From a virus: DNA of 64,000 nucleotides. The stretch is taken from the IMG/VR virus record IMGVR_UViG_3300025592_000986. One strand, 5' to 3'. A program made the position numbers and the translations under genes. Positions within the stretch are counted from its first letter, which is position 1, and every line of letters starts with the position of its first letter. Shown here one piece after another: positions 57,551 through 64,000 of this stretch. The notes under the pieces were generated by a model. That model did no database searches, was not told where the DNA came from, and worked only from the letters and a program-made list of their open reading frames with translations.

Positions 57551-58136
57551 TGTTTTTTCCCTGCCTTCCAACATATGCTTTAATTTTTGTTGGATTAAAT
57601 TTAATCTCTCCAGTGTTGTCAGTTTCACTATTTTTAAGAAAAGCAGCAAAAACTCTGTGGCGGCCGCCCAAGATATCTACAACTTTATCGCCTTCCATTT
57701 TAACTATAACAGGTTCGTGATCGCCACTACCCAATCCTGGGAGAGTATCGATAATACGCTGAATTTTTTCTCTATACTTGTCCATAGGAAAGTTTGGATT
57801 TAATCCCAAATGCTTATCCATTAAAAACTTCCTTTCTTCTGGTTCTATATCTTCCCACTGTAATTTCAAGATAACAGGTTTTTTGGCCCAATTTAAATTG
57901 TATCTATCGTAAACGCTTCTCGCAAACTCATCTGTTTTAAAAAACTTCTCTAATCCTATTTTATTAATATCTTCAGACCTATCAATAGCATAATCTTTTG
58001 TCCCTTCATGACCGTACATATCATTAAATACAAAATCTGGTAAATGAGGAAATACTTTACTTTTAAGTTCTCTTTCGAATCCCTTAAATCTAGATTCGCT
58101 TAGATACCGTCTCCAATTTTCTATTATAAGTTTCAT
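57540..58136 (-). CDS. Putative head-internal protein with a ParB/Srx-like motif
   Basis: Leader MKLIIENWRRYLSE; EPVIV...ILGGRHRVFAA. Confidence 0.55.
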   Translation of the reverse strand: MKLIIENWRRYLSESRFKGFERELKSKVFPHLPDFVFNDMYGHEGTKDYAIDRSEDINKIGLEKFFKTDEFARSVYDRYNLNWAKKPVILKLQWEDIEPEERKFLMDKHLGLNPNFPMDKYREKIQRIIDTLPGLGSGDHEPVIVKMEGDKVVDILGGRHRVFAAFLKNSETDNTGEIKFNPTKIKAYVGRQGKNNED

Positions 58137-58816
58137 TTCTTTTGTTTTACGTTTTTCGCTTTACCCCTGCGATTTGGGTTGGGATCTTCTTTTCTCTTCT
58201 TCTCATTGAGGTAGAGGTCAATCTCTTCGTCGATAATTTCATCTATCTCCTTGTTATTTCTTTTTGCTAACATCTCAGCATTACGTTGATGTTGAATAAC
58301 ATTATGGTAATAGTCGGATGCTTCGCGGACCTCCTCTCGTGTTGGTAGATCCGCCTGTTCAGGTGGTACTTGAATACCCAATCGGTTCTCAACTCTCTCT
58401 AAGGCAGATAATTGCTTTTCACTTAAATGAGGTTTAGAGAATCTGGTCCCTGGTCTACTCTTGGTCATAAGTTGCCTGATCATACTATTCATAAAGTCAG
58501 ATGTTCTTTCGTCGTTTGTGGCGGCAAGAACTGCCTTCATTCGATTGACTGCTGCGTCTCTGTGCATAGTGAAAAGTTTTATCTTTTCTAATTGTTTCAC
58601 TCCGCTATGTATGTTTGGATCGATTTTAAAATCTTCTTCGACAATTTCTGATAACGAAACTTTACCTTCATCAGCTTTTACACAGTTTCTGTATGTCTTA
58701 CCGTACATCTTTTTTGTTTTAGTGGTTGAATGAGTTTTGTAACCCTTCTGACAGCGTTCATTCAAGAATCCCTGTAACTCTTCTTCAATAATATTTAAAA
58801 GTTCTTTATTGGTCAT
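58133..58816 (-). CDS. Putative head-internal modular protein
   Basis: FLNE followed by the basic module RCQKGYK...YRNCVKA; YLNE followed by KKRKEDPNPNRRGKAK. Confidence 0.55.
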   Translation of the reverse strand: MTNKELLNIIEEELQGFLNERCQKGYKTHSTTKTKKMYGKTYRNCVKADEGKVSLSEIVEEDFKIDPNIHSGVKQLEKIKLFTMHRDAAVNRMKAVLAATNDERTSDFMNSMIRQLMTKSRPGTRFSKPHLSEKQLSALERVENRLGIQVPPEQADLPTREEVREASDYYHNVIQHQRNAEMLAKRNNKEIDEIIDEEIDLYLNEKKRKEDPNPNRRGKAKNVKQKK

Positions 58817-59541
58817 TTCTCACCCTTCCAGATCTTGCCTTGGCGACATCTCACTACAGCACCTGAAGCATAAGCAGATGGCCATACATCATACTTTCTT
58901 TTCGCTATTCTGGTACAACGATCATCTTTTTTCTTTTTCTTTTTCTTTTCGGCTAGTCTACTTCCATCTTCCTCTTCTAGCATTCCAAAATTTTGGCCGT
59001 ATCCTTGCACCAAACATGTTAGAGTTATTGCACCACTTTGTAGACAATCATCACCTGCCGCAGCCAGTAATCCTGTTTTTACTATATCTGGTAGTTTATC
59101 TAAGATCTTTTTAGCAATTGGGTTTTGCAACAGGTCGCCTTTGGATAGGTTATGCGCGACTGTCGATGCCATCACGTCTTGTTCTTCTTTTTCTTTTCTT
59201 GTAAGTGATAATTTTGTCTGTTTATACAACTCATTCTGTTCTGGAGTGAAGTCTGTTAGCTTGATACCATTTAAGCCTGCCAGTTTTTTAATCTCTTTTG
59301 TACGCTGAATTCTTTCTTTCCTGCGCGATCGTGACCGACGTGTCTCCTCTATTTCACCTTGCCTCTCTGCAAGTTCGCTATCTGCGTCTGCTGCTGCAGC
59401 GTCGGCACCTAACTGTAGTGCTATGAGTTGCTTTATCGCTTCCTCTGCCTGTTTTTTATCTTTCGTGGATAGTTGTGCTGGCGTTGAACTGTAGTCAGAT
59501 TCATTCAAAAACTTTTTCCAATTTTCCATTATGAGCTTCAT
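58813..59541 (-). CDS. Putative head-internal modular protein
   Basis: Leader MKLIMENWKKFLNE; C-terminal module DRCTRIAKRKYDVWPSAYASGAVVRCR after LAE. Confidence 0.55.
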   Translation of the reverse strand: MKLIMENWKKFLNESDYSSTPAQLSTKDKKQAEEAIKQLIALQLGADAAAADADSELAERQGEIEETRRSRSRRKERIQRTKEIKKLAGLNGIKLTDFTPEQNELYKQTKLSLTRKEKEEQDVMASTVAHNLSKGDLLQNPIAKKILDKLPDIVKTGLLAAAGDDCLQSGAITLTCLVQGYGQNFGMLEEEDGSRLAEKKKKKKKDDRCTRIAKRKYDVWPSAYASGAVVRCRQGKIWKGEK

Positions 59542-59542
59542 T

Positions 59543-59956
59543 TTATAGACTCCTCAGTAGGTCGTTGAGTGACGCAAGTGCTTTTTCGTACTTGCCACCA
59601 ACCAATTGATCCTGCATTTGATATAAAGCATTATACATCTTTTCCACTCTTTGTTTTGCACGGGCAGAGGAGAACTTTTGCTGATCACCAAACACCTCTG
59701 GGTACATTTGTTTGATTTTTTCAATATTGTCGACAAACTTGTCTAGAGGCACTACGCTTCCTGGTTTTTTCTTATCATATTCTTTTGAAAAATCTTGGTA
59801 GTGCTGAAGAGTTAAATTTAACTTATTTAACTTTTCTAAATATCCTGGATACTTTTTGTTGTACATAGATTGGTTAAGACCTGATAAATCAAAGGCCCTA
59901 GGGTCAATATCTGCTTCGTTTATGAATTTAGTCCAGTGCTCAAATATCTTTTTCAT
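59543..59956 (-). CDS. Putative head-internal protein
   Basis: Leader MKKIFEHWTKFINE. Confidence 0.55.
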   Translation of the reverse strand: MKKIFEHWTKFINEADIDPRAFDLSGLNQSMYNKKYPGYLEKLNKLNLTLQHYQDFSKEYDKKKPGSVVPLDKFVDNIEKIKQMYPEVFGDQQKFSSARAKQRVEKMYNALYQMQDQLVGGKYEKALASLNDLLRSL

Positions 59957-59961
59957 ACTAG

Positions 59962-59969
59962 TATGTAGT
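59962..59969 (-). promoter_or_regulatory. Putative late-promoter element ACTACATA
   Basis: Lies 5 nt before ATG 59956; no SD. Confidence 0.4.
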
Positions 59970-59987
59970 ACGAAAAAATAGCTTTTC

Positions 59988-60317
59988 CTACTCTAAATCT
60001 TGTTCTGAGTTGTATTTTTTACAAAATAAGCGAAGATCTTTAACAGTTATACCTAGCATAGCTGCTGCTTCTTTTTGAGACTTTGTTGCAGATAGAGAAA
60101 ATTTTACTAAAGAATCTTTTATAATATAATCAATAGTTTTAAAAATAGGAAAACCAAACAACTTTCCTTTAACTATTCTAGAAGATAGCTCTAACTTTAA
60201 AGCTATTATTTGTTCTAATGTAAGAGAGTTTAATATAGATTCAAATTGTTCATTAGTTACCTTCTCTTTTAGTAACTTCTTTGATATACTATAGTAGTGG
60301 TTTTTTCCAAGATTCAT
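59988..60317 (-). CDS. Fis-like helix-turn-helix protein
   Basis: SQKEAAAMLGITVKDLRLFCKKY; AT-rich upstream region containing TTGACT-N17-TATTAA. Confidence 0.65.
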   Translation of the reverse strand: MNLGKNHYYSISKKLLKEKVTNEQFESILNSLTLEQIIALKLELSSRIVKGKLFGFPIFKTIDYIIKDSLVKFSLSATKSQKEAAAMLGITVKDLRLFCKKYNSEQDLE

Positions 60318-60380
60318 AACTTATTACTTTTAATAAATTAATTAATATCATACTTTTAGATACTAGTCAAACTTATTTTT

Positions 60381-61715
60381 TTATTTATTTTGGCTCAATA
60401 TGTTCTTGACAACTGCTGCAATTTCTGGTGTAATAGGTGTGTAGTTAGGGTTTAGCTTTCGGAGTTCACTAGATAATGATTTTGCAAACACTTCTGTTTC
60501 TTCCTCTGGGTTTACTTCTAAATTTCTGGCTAAGACCGCTAGTATTTCTTCGTCGCCCTCACCCACCTCCTCTTTAACCAATAGATTAAAAGCTTGATCG
60601 CCCCAAGTTTCAATGACTGGGTTGTCATCTAACAGTTCCTCTAAAGGTGCTTCTTGGTCTATAACAGGCGATTCTAGATCACCCTTAGCTTTTTCGTATT
60701 CAGGAGTAGTAGGTTCCTCGATTTCAGGGGTCATCGCATCTTCAAACACATCGAAGTGAAGTTTTAAATTTGTTATGAGGTAGTCATAAAATATCTCACG
60801 ATCTTTTTCATTTGTATAGTTCCCAGAAGCCAATTTATAGGCTTTTCCAATTTGAGTGTCGATCTTGTTGATTGTTTCATATGCGGCCAAAGCTCCAGCT
60901 TGGTCTCTGTCCGGCATACTGAACTTTTTAAAATCAGGATCCTCTCCGTCATCTTCGTCTTCTTTTTGATCCTTTGTCCCTAAAACGTCGATGAACTTGT
61001 CTTCGTCTTCTATATTTATAGAAACTTCACCTTCCTCAGATAGACTTGAAACTTCTTCTGGCTCTTCGTCATCAGGAGTACCACCGGTAGCTAGCTCTAG
61101 AATGTTCCTGACAGCGTTAATTAAATGTTCTCTGAACGACTCTCTCTGGTTCTGGTCCGTGGTAAGCTTTTCATAGTCTATTTTTATAGTTGGTATTATA
61201 TTATCTAAAAGTTCTTCTAAATAATTTATAGCAGTTGAATTATGGACTTTTCTTTCAGTAGCGGCTTCGATTATGATATTTTGTATCAGTCCTCGGAACT
61301 CAGTTAAGTTCTTTATGTTTTTAAAGTCTTCATCAAACTTTTTCTTCTTTTCAAATTTGATAAGTTGATCAAGTTCTTCTTTGAATAACAACATTTCTGC
61401 TATCGCTTCTCTTTTAATCATTTGTGTATCCCTCTTGTGCTTTTCGTTATCTTCATCATCAAAGTTTGCAAAAGCTCCTGGGGTGCCTTCGACTGAACCG
61501 CCAGACATTGAAGAAACCTCTTCTAACTCCTTGTCTTCGTTTGCGAAAAAAGCATTTGATTTGTCTTTTGGGCGAGCTTGGTTAAAAGGTGCGCCGTGTT
61601 TTACTAAATCTTGTCTACCGCCGTCGAGAAGTCTTGCGTGCCCTCGGCTAGCTCTAGGCTTAGCGACGCTACTTTGAAAACTCTCTTTTATCACTTCTTT
61701 GATGAATTCTAGCAT
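60381..61715 (-). CDS. Acidic hypothetical protein, possibly head-associated
   Basis: 444 aa, E/D-rich, several [LI]-x-E sites. Confidence 0.55.
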   Translation of the reverse strand: MLEFIKEVIKESFQSSVAKPRASRGHARLLDGGRQDLVKHGAPFNQARPKDKSNAFFANEDKELEEVSSMSGGSVEGTPGAFANFDDEDNEKHKRDTQMIKREAIAEMLLFKEELDQLIKFEKKKKFDEDFKNIKNLTEFRGLIQNIIIEAATERKVHNSTAINYLEELLDNIIPTIKIDYEKLTTDQNQRESFREHLINAVRNILELATGGTPDDEEPEEVSSLSEEGEVSINIEDEDKFIDVLGTKDQKEDEDDGEDPDFKKFSMPDRDQAGALAAYETINKIDTQIGKAYKLASGNYTNEKDREIFYDYLITNLKLHFDVFEDAMTPEIEEPTTPEYEKAKGDLESPVIDQEAPLEELLDDNPVIETWGDQAFNLLVKEEVGEGDEEILAVLARNLEVNPEEETEVFAKSLSSELRKLNPNYTPITPEIAAVVKNILSQNK

Positions 61716-61716
61716 C

Positions 61717-63054
61717 TTACTTCGTACACCATTCCATCAAAAGTTTATTGAGGCGCGTTTGCTTTGTTTCGTAAAGTTTGGAAGTAGCTTTGATATCAGC
61801 AAACTTGTTCTCATACTCCTCCTTGACTCCGCCTTCTTCAACCTCTTCGTCCTCTAAAGGCCCACCAAGGACTGGATTTTCACCTGACATCATTGCGTAT
61901 TCATCTTCAATGGATGGAGCACCAGTACTAAGGCGGTCACGTCTTTCCTTATCGTCACGTTCTTTCTTTTTTGCTGCTGGTGTTTCAAATTTGGAGCCTG
62001 CAAACTTCTCATCAAGTTCTTTTTCCGGCTCTGCGCCTCCGTCACCAAGCATTCCGCGAACTTTTTCCATTGCCATATTGATGTATCTAGTGACGCTGCC
62101 TTGTGCAAGATTACCTTGCTGAGCAGCCTGTAAAAGTAGTTGGCTGATTTGTTGAACTAGTGCTCTCTCTTGTGCAGTAACTCCACCCGCTGCGCCCGTT
62201 TTCGCTTGTTCTATGCCACCTTTTTTAAAGTCTGTCGTAGAAGCTCTCGCTTTCATATCAAGTTCTTGCTCGCTTACGTTTCCGTCGTCGTCAAAGTCGT
62301 AGCTGTAAACAGGGCTGAATCCTTTCTTACCACTAGGCATTGTGCCACCAACATCGGTTGGTTTTGGTTCTGGCTTCTTGAAAGGTTTACGTAGGTTGGC
62401 TTGACCGGTCATTGACTTGTCGGTCCTTGGACCATCGTATTTCGTCTCCGGTAGGCTTTTATCTTCCGTTTCATTGCCGCCAAGACAATGACCTTCGCTC
62501 TTTTCGCGATCATCCTTTCCAGGCTTCTTATCTGCCCAATCAGGTACGCCATCACCATCTTGGTCTGGCTTTTTTTCCTCTTGTTGCATTTTTTTGGCGA
62601 TTGCCTCTTTGACCATAGTTCTTACAGTTTCTTTTAATCTAGATGTGTTCATTTTCTTGTTCTCCTTAATTTTTTTGTTATCTTCCCAGTCCCTGAAAAG
62701 TATATTTCCAAGTAAGTAGGCTTCTTTTTCCATATTTCTTAGGTGTGGATCTTTTTGTGCGTAACCATCGCCTGTTTCCGTTGGCCTATTAAAATCGCCG
62801 CGAGTGTTTTGAAGATGGTGCACCAATTCGTGCGCAACTGACCGAAGAACATCTTTGGTGTGCCGTCCTGAGATATAGACTACCACTTTGGATTCTTCTG
62901 GTGAATAGTGTGCGGTTTTTCCGAGCGGATTTACAGAATTTTCTTCATCTTCTTGAAAATACAATTCTGGTTTAGACTCGTAACCGAGTTCTTTTTGACA
63001 GTACGACATCAGGTCGTCAGCCAGTGGTTGGAGGTTTTCTTTCAAAATCTTCAT
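61717..63054 (-). CDS. Zincin-domain protein with a low-complexity C-terminus, possibly head-associated
   Basis: LRSVAHELVHHLQ...EKEAY; DQDGDGVPD Ca-binding-like motif. Confidence 0.65.
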   Translation of the reverse strand: MKILKENLQPLADDLMSYCQKELGYESKPELYFQEDEENSVNPLGKTAHYSPEESKVVVYISGRHTKDVLRSVAHELVHHLQNTRGDFNRPTETGDGYAQKDPHLRNMEKEAYLLGNILFRDWEDNKKIKENKKMNTSRLKETVRTMVKEAIAKKMQQEEKKPDQDGDGVPDWADKKPGKDDREKSEGHCLGGNETEDKSLPETKYDGPRTDKSMTGQANLRKPFKKPEPKPTDVGGTMPSGKKGFSPVYSYDFDDDGNVSEQELDMKARASTTDFKKGGIEQAKTGAAGGVTAQERALVQQISQLLLQAAQQGNLAQGSVTRYINMAMEKVRGMLGDGGAEPEKELDEKFAGSKFETPAAKKKERDDKERRDRLSTGAPSIEDEYAMMSGENPVLGGPLEDEEVEEGGVKEEYENKFADIKATSKLYETKQTRLNKLLMEWCTK

Positions 63055-63088
63055 AGTTTAAACCTAAAAAATACACAATTGTATACAT

Positions 63089-63096
63089 TAAATAGT
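63089..63096 (-). promoter_or_regulatory. Putative late-promoter element ACTATTTA
   Basis: Intergenic, upstream of the gene starting at 63054; identical to the copy at 14540. Confidence 0.45.
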
Positions 63097-63999
63097 TTAA
63101 ATAGATGCTTTATCCCCTGAAAACATAATATCAACCTGTTTATGTTCTAAGGACTCTCTAATCCAACACTCTATATCTTCTCTGCTTTCAAATTCAAACA
63201 AATTTAAGCCGTCGTAAACCTTCCACTCTTGTACTTCATCGAGTATATCCATCTTATTTATTACTAGCTTGTTCACGCCGTTAATATCTATGGCCATCTT
63301 CATCAGATCAAAGTCTAACCAGTTGATTTGTCTAGGCCTGCCAGTTGTGGCACCATACTCGTCACCAACTTCTCTTATGAGTTCGAAAACTTCACCTTTG
63401 CCGTGAAAGTCTTTTGCCCCGACGTAAGTTTCGTAAATCTTGGCAACACCCCAAACATCTCTAATTGCTCTGGGCGGTACGCCGTTTAAGATTGCCCCAC
63501 CCACAGTGCAATGCGAAGAAGTAACATAAGGGTAGTCACCCCAATCAACATCGAGGCCAAATCCTTGGGCACCTTCAAAAAGTATCTCAATATTGTCAAA
63601 TTCCTCATTGTTGTGAAGCTCCGTGTACATATCAATGACGTATGGGGCTAGTTCTGGGCACTCTATGGCTCTGACGCCCTTTCTTGCATACTTGTCTCTA
63701 TAAGCAGGTCCGTTGCCCCTCTTCGTGGTTCCGATCTTGGAGTCCTTCTTATCTTCAGCAATGTGAAAGTCTGTTATGATGTGAGCATTCGAAGCAATCC
63801 TTAGATACTTTGATACTTCGATTCCGTGATCTTGTAGTTGTCGTACTTCTTTGAATAATTGATCGACGTTGACAACACAGCCAGGTCCTATGACAGACCT
63901 GACTCCAAAAAAGACACCACAGGGGATATGGTGTGTTACAAACTTAACACCTTCGTGAAATATGGTATGCCCAGCGTTACATCCCCCATTATATCTTAT
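63097..63999 (-). CDS. purA: Adenylosuccinate synthetase, 5' end outside the window
   Basis: The frame stays open upstream of the track start: YNGGCNAGHT, IGTTKRGNGPAYRDK, then EGAQG, YPYVTSS, GATTGRPR, NKMD. Confidence 0.92.
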   Translation of the reverse strand: MRYNGGCNAGHTIFHEGVKFVTHHIPCGVFFGVRSVIGPGCVVNVDQLFKEVRQLQDHGIEVSKYLRIASNAHIITDFHIAEDKKDSKIGTTKRGNGPAYRDKYARKGVRAIECPELAPYVIDMYTELHNNEEFDNIEILFEGAQGFGLDVDWGDYPYVTSSHCTVGGAILNGVPPRAIRDVWGVAKIYETYVGAKDFHGKGEVFELIREVGDEYGATTGRPRQINWLDFDLMKMAIDINGVNKLVINKMDILDEVQEWKVYDGLNLFEFESREDIECWIRESLEHKQVDIMFSGDKASI

Positions 64000-64000
64000 A

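Noticed and set aside
57550-57565. Programmed -1 frameshift at G GGA AAA / A AAA AAC
   Set aside because: The -1 frame hits TGA immediately, and the downstream peptide is in the +1 frame.
884-63120. Numerous short + strand ORFs and nested minus-strand ORFs in the track
   Set aside because: They are shadows of long motif-bearing minus-strand genes; only 52964-53716 has recognisable motifs on the + strand.
63097-64000. PurZ / 2-aminoadenine genome
   Set aside because: The visible motifs (IGTT, EGAQG, YPYVTSS, GATTGRPR) are canonical PurA. The decisive N-terminal residue is outside the window, so PurZ is unsupported though not strictly excluded.
1-64000. Diversity-generating retroelement, introns, inteins or IS elements
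   Set aside because: No reverse transcriptase, homing endonuclease, intein or transposase motifs and no long near-identical repeats were noticed by eye; a self-dotplot would be needed to exclude subtle repeats.

Overview
This window looks like part of a large lytic myovirus (jumbo-phage-like) genome. Genes are densely packed, use the standard code and lie on the minus strand, except one + strand protease gene. In transcription order (right to left) it holds: (i) a partial purA and acidic/basic proteins with shared MKxIxE[NH]Wxx[FY][LI]xE leaders, probably head-internal proteins; (ii) a LamG fibre-like protein, a minimal TilS next to a CAU tRNA with Ile2 features, a beta-barrel-like exported protein, ClpP, a trypsin-like lipoprotein, PIN-PhoH, a zincin and a Cas4/AddB-like nuclease; (iii) a ~23 kb island of ~29 genes for glycan synthesis and tailoring, with glycosyltransferases, nucleotide-heptose, nonulosonate and PAPS/sulfotransferase modules and carbamoyl/formyl/methyl/acyl enzymes, but no flippase or polymerase; (iv) a gp55-like late sigma factor; (v) a contractile-tail baseplate module ending in a giant ORF of at least 3730 codons that the ORF track missed because it runs off the left edge. 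The main candidate new system is phage-encoded glycosylation and sulfation of the virion. The island sits next to exterior virion proteins visibly rich in [ST]-G-S motifs, and it contains probable non-canonical enzymes: an NMNAT-fold candidate ATP sulfurylase and a cupin/HAD pair in place of GmhA/GmhB. All functional calls come from reading motifs by eye; no database searches were run.
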